Below are positions 40,085-53,125 of a stretch of 64,000 nucleotides of DNA, piece after piece (within the stretch, counting starts at the first letter, position 1; the number at the start of each line of letters is the position of its first letter). The stretch is from NCBI RefSeq assembly GCF_001194135.2, contig NC_068981.1, positions 177,409,528-177,473,527 of the forward strand, written 5' to 3'. A model generated the notes under the pieces. It did not search any database and was not told where the DNA came from. It worked only from the letters and a program-made list of their open reading frames with translations. The position numbers and the translations under genes were made by a program. The DNA is from Octopus bimaculoides (lineage: Eukaryota).

Positions 40085-40295
40085 GGTCTTGTCTTGTGAG
40101 TTACTTGATGATTTTGCTGGTGCCATGTAAAAAACACCCAGTACATTTTGTAAAGTGGTTGGTGCTAAGAAGGGTATCCAGCTGCAAAAACCATGCCAAA
40201 GCAGATAGTGAAGCTTGGTGCAGTCTTCTGGTTTGCCAGTTTGTCAAACCATCCAATCAATGCCAACATGGAAAATGGACTTCAAATGGTTATCA

Positions 40296-40332
<37 letters not shown>

Positions 40333-41277
40333 NNNNNNNNNNNNNNNNNNNNNNNNNNNNNNNNNNNNNNNNNNNNNNNNNNNNNNNNNNNNNNNNNNNN
40401 NNNNNNNNNNNNNNNNNNNNNNNNNNNNNNNNNNNNNNNNNNNNNNNNNNNNNNNNNNNNNNNNNNNNNNNNNNNNNNNNNNNNNNNNNNNNNNNNNNNN
40501 NNNNNNNNNNNNNNNNNNNNNNNNNNNNNNNNNNNNNNNNNNNNNNNNNNNNNNNNNNNNNNNNNNNNNNNNNNNNNNNNNNNNNNNNNNNNNNNNNNNN
40601 NNNNNNNNNNNNNNNNNNNNNNNNNNNNNNNNNNNNNNNNNNNNNNNNNNNNNNNNNNNNNNNNNNNNNNNNNNNNNNNNNNNNNNNNNNNNNNNNNNNN
40701 NNNNNNNNNNNNNNNNNNNNNNNNNNNNNNNNNNNNNNNNNNNNNNNNNNNNNNNNNNNNNNNNNNNNNNNNNNNNNNNNNNNNNNNNNNNNNNNNNNNN
40801 NNNNNNNNNNNNNNNNNNNNNNNNNNNNNNNNNNNNNNNNNNNNNNNNNNNNNNNNNNNNNNNNNNNNNNNNNNNNNNNNNNNNNNNNNNNNNNNNNNNN
40901 NNNNNNNNNNNNNNNNNNNNNNNNNNNNNNNNNNNNNNNNNNNNNNNNNNNNNNNNNNNNNNNNNNNNNNNNNNNNNNNNNNNNNNNNNNNNNNNNNNNN
41001 NNNNNNNNNNNNNNNNNNNNNNNNNNNNNNNNNNNNNNNNNNNNNNNNNNNNNNNNNNNNNNNNNNNNNNNNNNNNNNNNNNNNNNNNNNNNNNNNNNNN
41101 NNNNNNNNNNNNNNNNNNNNNNNNNNNNNNNNNNNNNNNNNNNNGGAAGGGCATCCAGCTGTAGAAACTCTGCCAAATCAGACTGGAGCCTGGTGTTGCC
41201 AACCGGTTTCACCAGTCCTCAGTCAAATCGTCCAACCCATGCTAGCATGGAAAGCGGACGTTAAACGATGATGATGA
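40085..41277 (+). mobile_element. SINE C-related copies flanking (TA)n and an 813-bp N gap (40333-41145)
   Basis: 40085-40299 is an older subfamily; 41146-41277 is the young tail ending gatgatgat. Confidence 0.7.
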
Positions 41278-41279
41278 TA

Positions 41280-42140
41280 CAGGGTGCGGTGAATATATTG
41301 TTGTCTCAATCATGCAAAAATGAAAATAACACTGACATCTCATTTTAACAGATATATTTACTACCAAAATTACATAAAACTATCTTGAAATATTAAAGTG
41401 TAAATTTATTCAATAAAATCGCCATTGGCTTCAACCACGGTCTCCAAACGACTTTGGAATCTCCTGCAACTCTTCTGGATGGTCTCCTTGTTTAAGTTGG
41501 TGAATGCTGCCATAATCCTTGCCTTCAGTTCATCTTTAGTGTTACAAGGAATTTTGTTGGTCTCTTGCTCAACTGTGCCCCATACATAATAATCAAGGGG
41601 GTTGCAGTCTGGGAAGTTAGGTGGCCAGATACTAGGGGTGAAGTGGTTGCGGAAATCGTCTGACAACCATGACTGGGTTCTCCTGCTTGTGTGGCAAGGT
41701 GAAGAGTCCTGTTACCAGGCATAGAGTCTTCCAGCAGCCACCCTCTTGACCCAGGGCAGCACTACCTCCTCCAGACATTTGATGTAGGCCTCTGTATTGA
41801 AACTGAGGCTGTGTGGGGAGATGAATGGAGGCATAACGTCGCCATCACTAGTGGTCACTCCAAACACCATGATGCTGACTGGATGTTTGATATTTATCAC
41901 TCTTGGTACATGCACTGTCCTCGGATTGACACCCAAACACTCTGAAATGTTCATATTGGAGCTTCTGGCACAAATGCTAAGCAGTACAGCATGTTGTTTC
42001 TAAATTTCTGGCAAAGTGAATTGCATCATAGTGCTGTTTTTCTCACAGACAGTGCCCAAATGACCCTACTATACTGTGTAGTCAACAAAATCAAAAACAA
42101 TGTGCATGCACAACATTAAAAATATAAAATGGTGACAATG
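41280..42140 (-). mobile_element. maT (DD37D) element, C-terminal half with one TIR
   Basis: TA-cagggtgcggtg TIR at 41280; IWPPNFPDCNPLDYYVWG and SIMVFGVTTSDGDVMPPF. Confidence 0.85.
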
Positions 42141-42476
42141 TGCGTGTGTGTGTATTTGTTGTGTGACAGAAGCAGCATTAGTTTAAAATAGCAGTTTGTG
42201 TATCATACTAAAGAAGATACATCATTGAAATCCTACTTAACTGTGCTATCCATCCAGAGATAGCACTTATGTACACTTTCAACAATGTATTGCTTTTTTA
42301 AATTTCTGTCTTTCAATTTCATTCTCTACATTCTGTTATTGGTTGGCTAATGGCTATAGTAGATGATACTAGCAAGTACTGACAGTGACCAATGTGACCA
42401 AAATCCTAAACCACAAGAACTTCTTTATGTCACAGTCATGCCTATGCCATTATGTGTACATATGTGTGTATGTATA

Positions 42477-43926
42477 CCAGGTTGAGTAAAAAGTTTTTTT
42501 TGTATTTCAAGCTTTAATTAATAGATTATGCAAATTACATATAAAAGTGTTTATTCATCAAAATATATCCCATCATATTCTATTGTCAGTGTTGTACCGC
42601 ACGTTCAACGTACGATATAACAGGATAATAATAATGTCCTTGCAAATTGTTTTACTCAAGATACTGGTAATAACCCTCAACAATACACAACTCTCGGCTT
42701 TACACTGCTCAAATGACTCTGTGTATGTCCATTTATATTGTTGCACAGTCCAATAGGTGTGTTCTACTTCCACACAACAGTCAGTTGTCATCATTGTGCA
42801 TTAACAATTACATACATATGTCAGTTGACTGGTACTCAAAACCTTTGCACCTGTTTTTAACCTCATCCACACTGTTGAACCTCTGTCCATGCAAGAAGTG
42901 AGCCATGGCTTGTAAAAGGCAGTAATTTGGTGGTGCAAGGTCTGGACTGTAGACAGGGTAAGGCAGCACTTTCAGCTACTCAACTTCTTCAAGTTTGCAC
43001 TTGGTCACATTAACAGTCTGTACTGGGGCACTGTCATGCTGTAGGAGTGCAAATCTTCAATTGATCAATGCAGGGTAGCGAGCTTTCAAAGTGTCATATA
43101 CTTGCTGCAGTTGTTGAGCATAAAAGTTAGCGTTCATAGCATGGCCATCTGGAACAAGTTGAAAGTGCAATACCATTCTCAAAATTTCACCAAACACACA
43201 TGACCTTCTTTTCAAACAGCCCTTGTTTGACAACAAATTCTGAAGCCTGGCCAAACAAAGCCATTGATTTCTCTTGTTAAGATCATGAAAATAGATGCAT
43301 TTTTCATCTCTTGGTACAATTTGATACATCTCAAAGATTTGCGAGCAACTGTTTCCAAATGTTTACACACCATTGAGCCTGGTCATAGTAACCTATGACC
43401 AGGCTCAATGGTGTCTGTTCTCAAAGCCAAGATTATGGAGGTGTTGATTGATGGTGCTATGTGACGGACCAAGTTCTGCCGACAATGTATGCGTGCTTGT
43501 GCTTGGATGATGTTCAACCATTTCAAGCAAGGCCTCATCTTCCACAACAGAGGTCTCCCTGACCATGGTTTGTCTTCAAGGTTGGTGTCACTCACCTTCC
43601 TTGAAACGTCTGAACAAGTTTTGTGTCACACATTTGTTGACGGTTTCAGGGCCTTCCACATCATTAATTTCTTTTGCCATTGTCCTTGCACTGAGTCCTT
43701 TTTCCACAGGCAGTGTAAAATGGCTCTAATTGTAATTTATTTAGCATTCATTATCAAAACTATAAATAAAGAATAAACAATTAATGTTTATTTGTTAGAT
43801 ATGAAAATAGAAGATAAATAATTCAGCAATGATTGAACAAGTTGTATTAAATTAATGATATAACATGGAAATACAAGTTGCTATAAATCATCAATGAAAA
43901 TCCAAAAGAAATTTAACTCAACTTGA
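42477..43926 (-). mobile_element. Mariner (DD34D) fossil with degenerate TIRs
   Basis: LEDKPWSGRP, IVPRDEKCIYF, FYAQQLQQVYDTLKARYPALIN, YSPDLAP. Ends ccaggttgagtaaaaag and tttaactcaacttga. Confidence 0.8.
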
Positions 43927-44561
43927 TGGGGGGGGGGGGGGTATGCACACATACATATATAAATATTATCATGATCATCATTGCTTTAACATTTACTTTT
44001 CCATGTTTGCATGGGTCAAGCAAACTTAGTTAAGGCAAATTTTCTATAGCTGAATGCTCATCCTGTCACCAACCCTCACCTTTTTTCCAAGAAAAATAAT
44101 ATTCCCCTAGTCCTTTGCACATAATTAGTACAATGATTAGAATGTTTTTATAGAAGATTGCAAACAAACATAACCACTTATATGACAGTGATGCTTGTTT
44201 ACAACTAATGTGCAATATCAAAACAAGGAAATACGAACCACACACACACATATATAACAGACTTCTTTCAGCTTCTATCAACCAGTTCATTCATAAGGCT
44301 TTGGTCAGCCCAGGCCATAGCTGGAGAGACTTGCCCATGCAAACTTCATAACCACAAAGTCATGTATGTGTAATGGTATGTATGTGTGTGTGTACATACA
44401 TATAAATGTATGAGACAGACAGACAGACAGAAAACAGGCTTCTGCAGAGCCTTAATCCACCAAATTCACACAAAAACTCGGGGCTAGTAGTAGAAGGCAA
44501 TTGGCTGAGGTTCTTTGCAGTGAGGCTGATCTAAAAATCATGTACTTATAAAGCAGACTGG

Positions 44562-44595
<34 letters not shown>

Positions 44596-44596
44596 G

Positions 44597-46050
44597 TTTT
44601 CTTGTTTTCTTTTACACTTGTACCTCTTTCAGCCATACTGAAACACTGCCATTAATGCCTCTTTCATTTCAACAGCTTTCAATTTGTCTTTTTTTAAATT
44701 ATTTTGGTTATCCTTATTTGTGTTTCTTGCTATGATGTAGATCAGTTTAGGATCTCAGATGATTATCTAGATATCTCTGAAAATACCCAACTTCTGCTCC
44801 ATGTCAATTTCTTAAAAGTTTTTTGGTAAAGCATTGAAGAGTTGTGGTCCTTTGAGCCCTGGGAGTTTTAGTACTGGATCCTGACTTTAGATGGGGAAGA
44901 TAGGACCTTTGGTATTCTGCAATGGTGTCTAATTCAAGGATGGAAAAGCTTTTAATCCCAAAGTTTGGTGCTAGACCTTCCAGGATCTTTCATATCTATA
45001 TTACTGTTCAATGTTCATGTCTTTGCTCTAGAGAGTAGAATCTCGCTTATCTCAGCTTCTATCTGGTGCACTTAGGCAATCTTCTGTGTAGCAGCATCAT
45101 ATTACTCCTAGTTCTGTCATTAATGTAGTCACTATAATTCATCATCATCATTGTTTAACGATGACTTTGGGAACACAATTTCTTATCCTGTATTCTCTTG
45201 TTCTCAATGAGCTCAGAATCCATCCTTCCAGTTGCCTAAACATAGTAGTCATCTTAGTAATAGGGATTTGGAATAATGTGTCATTATTCATAGTTTTCCA
45301 GGTCATGCACTGATTGTGACTTTGGGAACACAATTTCTCCTTATCCTGTGTATTATGATTGTAATGAATTTGAGAGCTGACAGTACAGTGCTTGTAATTT
45401 TCCACCAATGAACTACATGTTTTCTTCATCTCTATTGACTACTGCATTGATCTCACTGTAGGTTTAAGATATTATCAGAGTTCTTGATTGCTTGTGATAC
45501 TTTTCTATTGTTAGTGTAGCTAATAAGAGTGGTTGTATGACTGAAGCCATATCCAAGAGAGTCATAACAAGCAGCAATCTCTAAGAGATCCAACTTAAGA
45601 ATTAATGTCTTCTCTGAAAGAATGCAGTTGACTGCAACAGCTTGGCTTCTACCTTCCAAAAAGTCATGCTGTCAGTCCCTTAGTTTCCTAACTATGTTGA
45701 GATTATGTGGCTTATAACATATTTCCTTATTAACTTTACTGAAGGCATTTGCAAAGTTGAGATAAATGACATCTATGTTTGAATGGCTGAACTGCTGTTT
45801 CAATACTCAGCCATAATACTATAGTAGCTCTTTTCTGAACAGGAGTCATGCTGCATAATCATTTTCTTCTAGGACCAAGTCACAGTCTTCTAGAAATGTG
45901 ACCAGCTTGCCTCTAACAATTTATTCCATGATTTTACTGATGTGAGAGGTTAGAGAGGGAGAGAGGTCTGTGTTTCTTAGCATCTGCTCTGCTTCCAGTT
46001 TTATAGTGGACTAGCAGTATAACCCGACATTGTCCAGGTGTGACTTATTA
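44597..46050 (-). mobile_element. CR1/Jockey-like LINE 3' portion (RT to 3' end)
   Basis: HRPLSL..SHISKIME, IDVIYLNFANAFSKV, FLEGRSQAVAVN, GPQLFNALPK; ends at (TA)n. Confidence 0.8.
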
Positions 46051-46479
46051 CGCCATCTACAATAAGTCTTGCTAGGTGAAAATCAACTAAAAAAGAAAGC
46101 CTTGCAATGAAAAAACCCTTATGGTGTAAATATGTTCATAATTCAAAAGACGATGAAATTAATAGGGAAAGTCTGAAGGCCGTTTTGCGTAACATTATTA
46201 AGCGTATGTAAATTTCATCCGTCTAATTGGCTATAGAAATGCTTGTGCAAAACAACTTTTTGCGCTGCCGAGCATGCTTGCCTCATTTCTTTCTAGCCTT
46301 TGTGTATCCTTTGTATTCAAGGTACATGTCTCACTCATATGCAACATCACACTTCATACACAAGCATCATAAAATTGGCCCTTCTCTTTGAAGGAGAAAT
46401 CTTTCGTTGCCAGCAGACTCAATAGGTCTCTGAACTTATTTTCACCCAGTTTTCAGCCATATAAACTCTCGTTTCCTCT

Positions 46480-47630
46480 ACTAATTACTAGTTACTAGAA
46501 GCTATCAATTACTGCTAAAGAGCTGCTTGGCAATTGTTTCTATGAAGTACTACCACGTGCACCTGCTACATGCAAAGTTTATATTTTCTGGTAGCCTACC
46601 TACAATCCCACTACATTTTTTGTGTGTCCATAGTTTATACTGGGTACATCATACTGAATTCCTACTTATTCCTTTTCCACATACTGAGTATGGCCATTCT
46701 CCAATGGTAGCAAGGTCCTGCCTCCTTTCTTACATATCAATACTTTAGTCTTTGCTAAATTCAGTTTGAAGCCTCTTGACTTCAGGTTTTGTTTCCATGT
46801 CTGGAAGATCTTTTCTAATTTCTAAATTCAGCTAGGTCATCAACATAGAGAATTTCCCCTGGGCAACCAGTCTTAAACTCTTTTTATGGTTTGGAGGACT
46901 TTAATAAATAGAAGGTGGCAAAGGACAGCCCTGATGTATCTACCTTCACATTGAATTCGTCACTACACTTATCACTAACTTTCATCTTTCATACTATACC
47001 ATTCTAGTAGCTTGTACAGCTCTCACAAGCCTTTCATCTACCACAAACTTCTCCAGTGATCACCAGACCACAGAGAAAGTCACTCTGTCAAAGGTTTTCT
47101 TAAGGTCAACAAAACAAGGTATGGTTTTATAGATGACTAGATACTTCTCCTGCATCTCTCTTACTAGGAAGAAGGCATCGGTAGTATTTCTTGGCACAAA
47201 AATCAAACTGTAAGGTGTTTATGTTTAACTTCTTAATTGTGTCATAACTCTTTCTGTAATTTTTATAACCTGGCCCATCAGTTTAATACCTCTGTAATTC
47301 CCTTTCATAATGCATCATCTTTACCCTAGTAGTAGTTGACAATGATATCACTACACATGTCACTGGATATGACACTCTCCTGTACTATCTGAGTGACCAG
47401 TCCATATCCCATTCAACTAAATATTTTAATCATCTCAGCAGTGATTCCTGATGAATTACAGCTAATTTACATCCACTAGGTAATTTACCAATTACTGCTA
47501 GAGAGCTGCCTGGGCACTGCACAGAATCTATTTGCAATTGCTCTTATAAATTACTACCATGGCACCTTCTGTATGTTAAGTTTATCTTCTCTGTTAGTCT
47601 ACTTGTAATCCCACTACTCTTCTTACGTTC
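46480..47630 (-). mobile_element. RTE (BovB-like) LINE RT fragment
   Basis: FVDLKKTFDRV and EFKTGCPGEILYVDDL. Confidence 0.75.
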
Positions 47631-47919
47631 TCCTCAGCACACATGTATACATACACATATATATGTGTACAAACACACACAGACATATATACACACATAT
47701 GTGCACACACACATGCACTGACACTTAAGCATGTACACAAACATAGAAAAGTAGACTTGTATCACCATGGGTAACATAAATACACATTGTAACATTTGTG
47801 AAACTAAATCATAGACCTGGAAATATCACTAGGCAATAAGGTACTAAAGCAGGAGTCAGAGATAAGTACTCAGTCTCAACCAGGTAAAAAGAAAGAACCA
47901 TGATTATGGTCATGATCAT

Positions 47920-48325
47920 TATCAGTTTAATGCCTACTTTTTCATGCTTCCATGGGTTGAAAGGAGTTAAATGGGGAAAATTTTCTATGGCAGGATGCTT
48001 TTTCTATCATCAACCCTCAGCTGTTTCCAAGCAAGGTAATATTTCTCCATGGTCAGACATGTTTTCATAGAGTATTGAAAATGAATGACACTACTTGTGT
48101 GACAGTGACACACATCTACAATTATCATGCAATGTCAAGACAAAGGGACACAAACATAGAAACATACGATTAGCTTCTTTCAGTTTCCATTTACCAAATC
48201 CAATCACAAGGCTCTGGTCAGTCCAGAGCTGTAGTGGAAGATACATGCCTAAGGTGCCACACAGTGGATCTAAACATGAAACCATGTGTTTGGGAAGCAA
48301 ACTTCTAAACTACACAGCCATGCTT
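47920..48325 (-). mobile_element. Composite SINE: CORE-type head with RTE-type tail
   Basis: Head resembles family B (gcatggctgtgtagtttagaagtttgcttcc); tail resembles family C (catggaagcatgaaaaagtaggcattaaactgat). Confidence 0.55.
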
Positions 48326-48479
48326 CATAATATATAATCATGCCTGCGAGACTAACCTTTGTGAGAACAGTATTACTTGGGATGTATAAACAGACCTCTT
48401 TTAGGAAATTTATAGCATTCTTGCTTAGTTGTAAAAAGTTTAAGTCAAGGGTGATCATTCTAAAAAAACCACTATTGAC

Positions 48480-50260
48480 TTTATGAAGGTAGTGACTATT
48501 ATAAATAAATGTATGGGGAATTATGATACCTAATTGTTATAAGGAGTACTTTTTTGTCAAGTTTTTATTTGCAAGATTTCTAGAGTTTCATATGCATAAG
48601 CAACATTTACACTTTTCACCTTTATATGGTTCTTCCAAGCCTAAAATATTTTAATCAAGTTTAAATTTGATGACTTTAGATTTCAGGTTCCATAAGTATT
48701 CCAACAAAGATGTTGGATGTTTTAATTAAGAATTGCAAAAAGGAGAATTTCTATGAAGAAGAGCTGATTTTGAAAAGTTGGAAGCAGAGACTCTATATTG
48801 CTTAATTCCATTATGGTTGGTGACATTACAGTAATATATTACATTTTTTTCCTGAGACAGTACCTTTTAAGGGGTACAGATTAGCAACTCTACAATCACA
48901 TCTACTTTTTAACAACTCATATTAATATGTCTAATGGTAGGTGATATTTCATATAGGTGTATGGTAGATAAGGTAACTTGTTTGATAACAGAGTCAGTAG
49001 GTGCTGTTACATCTACTTCTACGTTATTATCATTGCTATTAATAACTGGATTATTGCCAATTAGAATTACCTTTTATTGCTGTTAGTTTCTCCTACACAT
49101 GCATAATTGATAGAGGCATTGCACCAGCATCCATCACCTGTGTTACCAGGGTGAGTGCTGAAATCACTATCAGGGTTGTCATTAGCCTTATTATTAATAA
49201 TATTTGATAAATACTTTGTTAAATTTATAATAGAGGCAGTAATGCTATCAGCTAAATTTGAAGTAGTGAAAGTTTTTTCAGTACAAATATTGAAACTTTG
49301 GTAGTATTTATGTTTTGGCAGGAAAGTTTTCTTTATGAAGAGTATGGAGGATTTATATTGTGCTATATTCCTCTTCTTAATTCTTTAAACATTACCAAAG
49401 TTTCTCATATATCATTATTGCAAGGTGGTTGAAGAACAGTGGGTTAACAGAATCATTGGAGCATCAGATAAAATATCTCAGTATTTGTTCAGCTATTTAC
49501 GTTGTATATTCAACTTAGCCTTTTCATCCTTTTGGGGTCCATAAAATCAAAAACTAGGGCTGAAGGTATCAACCCTCTCAAAACTTCTGGTCTTGTGCCT
49601 AAGTTAGAAATAATTAGTAGATGGTTGATTAGATTTAACATTGCTATGTAGATTATGGTTATTTATATTATCTACCTTATTAGTTCCAAAGCTGGCAGAA
49701 TCATTACTGCACCAGACTAAATGTGGTATTTTCCCAACTTTACATTCTGAATTCAAAATGTGCCAAGATTGACTTTACCTCTTACCTTTCAGGGTAGATA
49801 AAATAAGTACCTATTGAGTACTGGAATCAATATAATCAAATATCACCCTCCCACAAAATTTCAGGCTTTATGCCTATAGTAGAATGAATTAGTTCCAAAG
49901 CTGCTAGAATTTTGAGAAACAGTCTTTTATGGTTTAAATCAGTTAGAATGGTATTTCTTTTAACACTGATATTACAGTTCTTCCTGCTACAATAGGAAGT
50001 CATTCTATTCAAGGTAGCACAACACATGCTAACGTTATTTCTGAGTGTGTTTAAACACATCCAGAAATTTACTATTAGTAAATTTATTGAACATATTTCT
50101 ATTTATGGATCTACTTATGTCCATATCCTGATTATTTCTACTTGCTATTTTCTTCTCATCATTATCACTTGTATTAATTTCATGACAACACTGTTGAATG
50201 AAAGGTTTTATTAACCTATAGATGTATTTACTAAGTCCAGTACAAAGATCCAATGTAACA
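48480..50260 (-). mobile_element. Penelope-like element fossil (RT remnants and GIY-YIG), interrupted by two SINE A copies (~49420-49615, ~49685-49885, plus strand)
   Basis: CDCRVANLYPLKG, KHPTSLLEYLWNLK and PYKGEKCKCCL match the PLE CxC linker and GIY-YIG C-terminus. KTFLPKHKYYQSFN and GLSKYIYRLIKPF resemble PLE RT. Confidence 0.65.
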
Positions 50261-50384
50261 CACAGGAAGTTAATTTTTAAACATTCCTTGTGAAAAATAT
50301 GAAAGGCTTATATACTCTGAAGAATTTGTGTATACTTGCACAATCTTCCAAGTGATGATGATGTATGATTTACATACACACATA

Positions 50385-50396
50385 CATACATACATG

Positions 50397-50458
<62 letters not shown>

Positions 50459-50519
50459 TTTAAACATTTGAAATCAAAACAAAGGAACAATATGAAATAC
50501 TGAAAAACAACTAATTTGC

Positions 50520-50584
<65 letters not shown>

Positions 50585-50680
50585 CAGCAGCAGTAGTAGT
50601 AGTAATAGTAGTAGTAGTTATAGTGGTAGCAGGTGGAAATGAAAGAGGAGCAGCAACACCACCAGCAGCTGCTGTGGTAG
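50385..50680. repeat. (TA)n/(CA)n and (TAG)n/(CAG)n compound microsatellites
   Basis: Seen directly. Confidence 0.95.
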
Positions 50681-52181
50681 TAGCGATAATAACTTTTAAT
50701 TAAGCACTTTGCATGAGTCTGATCGCAAACTTCCACATAACAATACTCTCATTTCACAAATGATTTTTATAAGCTTTTCTTACAACGGACTCATTTTTTG
50801 AAATATCAGACTTCAACATGCTTACTCATTATAATGTAAAGTATAAACTTTTATTATAGTGATAAAGAAATATAGCAAAATATTGGAATCACTTGACAGA
50901 ACATAATCCTATACAAACACACAGATATGTATGCACATAGAAACTCATTGATCTTAATATACAGGAAATTATTAAAAGAAACATCTATGAAAGAAAGGAG
51001 ACTAGCATGTTTCTAATCAGGTTCACCTTTCTTTTGAATTCATTAATCAGATATGTAAAAGTACAAAATTATGCTGCAGATAAAATAATCGTAACTATGC
51101 AATGCTCTATCCCCACTTTTAATACACAAAGAAAAGAAGCCTGTCAGTCAATCTCTTTGTTATCTCTTGTTCAACTGTCATGATGTTAAAATATTCCATT
51201 AATGGATGAGATATTTTCGGTATGTCAATGCAAGTGGAACATTCCTTTTACTAGACCCTGAAGGCTATAGGTTTGTTGTTCTCTTGTCTTCATGTCGTGT
51301 CATCACAACATAGAACAGCAATGTAGTAGTTATGGCAAAAATACAAATGCAGAGCCTGTGGACACATTTTTTTCATCGAAATATTTCTTTCTGCAGCAAA
51401 TGAAAACAAGCTGTGTGCTTTATAACCCAACATTTTCTAACTTTCTGAAATTTCTAACAAGTATAGATAATTGGAACTGAATAAAATGTTAGTTTATTTG
51501 CAATGATTGCTCAGCATTTCTCACCACAATCATCATCACTGTAATATCCATTTTTCAATGCTGAAATAAATTGGTTATGCTTACAATATTACACTTTTTT
51601 TTTTCATACATTTTAATCCAGCATAATCTCTCTTATGAAACAAAATCTTTTTCTGCACACCTCCGAACCTTCTTCTGTCACTTTGAATATATTTTTTATT
51701 TAGTAACCATTCACAAGTTCATACCAGTTAAGTAATTTTTTACAGATACCATCCAGTTTCTAACTATTCATGTGGCTGTTTCTCAAATTTTTTGTGTATA
51801 TTCAGCAGCTTATGCAAAAACATGCACTACTTAGGACGACAGCAATTATATTTCTTCTCTCACAGGCATTAAATATTTTGTTAGTATTTTGTCATTAATA
51901 ACAACTCCCTAGACTTAACTTTCTCATATACTTGTCATTAAATCTTAATGCCCTATACTACAAGAACCCACCATTGCACGTAACCACAATTCAGTGTTGT
52001 CTGTGGTAGAAAACTGGAATTAAACAGTCTTTTGTACAAGAAACAAAATTTAACTTCATTATAGTAGGAATTATCTGTCAAAAGACTTCCTGTTTGCATC
52101 ATGTGCATTTATTTTGTCTGTTTATCAAGTGAACTTCTCCAAAGTTTCCTTTCTTCAATTTTTTTAACATGATGGTAATTA

Positions 52182-52405
52182 CAAATGGGTGCTGAAAAAT
52201 TCCTGGCTTTGGGTAAAAGAAAATACAAGAGGATCAGTTAATTATGATTTTATTGAACATATTCCCCTTTCACATTCACACACACATTGCAGTAGTCCTT
52301 CAGTTTTTCTAATCCTTGTAAAAGAACTTGCTTGGAAGGTTGGGCCTCCAACCAGGCCTTTCACAATATACCCTTAAAGCCAAGAACTTTTCAGTACCCC
52401 ACTTG
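52182..52405. mobile_element. Mariner-type MITE, 224 bp, TA TSD
   Basis: TA-caaatgggtgctgaaaaattcctggcttt ... aaagccaagaacttttcagtaccccacttg-TA. Confidence 0.85.
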
Positions 52406-52740
52406 TAACAACTCAAATGTTGAGTTAGAATTTAGTGATATGTTTTATTATTATTTATTTATTTATTTATTTAGTAATGATTTAATTTGTGGAAGTTGGA
52501 CTTAAGGGAAAATAGAGTGATATTTCAGATTCATTTGTACATATCAGCTAAGTGATATCAATTCTGAAAAGGAGTAAAGTTATCATGTAATTGATACTGG
52601 GCCATAATTCATCATTCACTAGGATAAATAAGAAAACTTTAAAAGAAAGACATTTTATCTTATTGTTCTTTGGGAGGGTCATACTGCCAGTAATGAAATA
52701 TAAAAATGAAACATTTTATTTTACATATTACAGTAATTAC

Positions 52741-52885
52741 CCAACAATACAAAATCGATTTCATGGTTGTAAGTCAGCCTATTCAACAACTGAACATGCA
52801 AATGGATTTTTCTTTGCTGCTCTGACAACGGCTTGGTCTGTTTTTGTGGGAAGTACCACTCAGCTGTCATGATTGCTTTGCAAAA
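52741..52885 (-). CDS. Internal coding exon (145 nt, phase 0 to 1) of an unidentified host gene
   Basis: Acceptor ctaattttag, donor gtaatt. Open frame FCKAIMTAEWYFPQKQTKPLSEQQRKIHLHVQLLNRLTYNHEIDFVLL joins in frame to the 55253-55310 exon. No TE motif recognised. Confidence 0.7.
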
Positions 52886-53125
52886 CTAAAATTAGACTTT
52901 TGATCTAATTAAAATGACCATCCTACTTACTGTGTTAATAGATACTCCAAGTTGGGTCCCTAACTAACAATAATTGTAACTTTCTTCATGTAAAATCACA
53001 ATTTCTACTCTGGTAGCAACAAAAATATCAAGTCCACATAGGTAATGACTTCCAAACAAATTTTACATTGATTTAATGCAAAGCAAATAAACAAATTTAT
53101 ATTTATATATTTATGAAGTATATTC

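Noticed and set aside
40096-41271. Longest ORF-track entries (306-391 aa), and the YIYI, CVCV, NNNN and YYYY ORFs elsewhere
   Set aside because: Artefacts of N gaps and microsatellites.
49050-49390. ~95-codon minus-strand open frame with acceptor and donor-like sites in a phase fitting the host gene
   Set aside because: It is colinear with PLE thumb and GIY-YIG remnants on both sides, so a TE origin explains it better.
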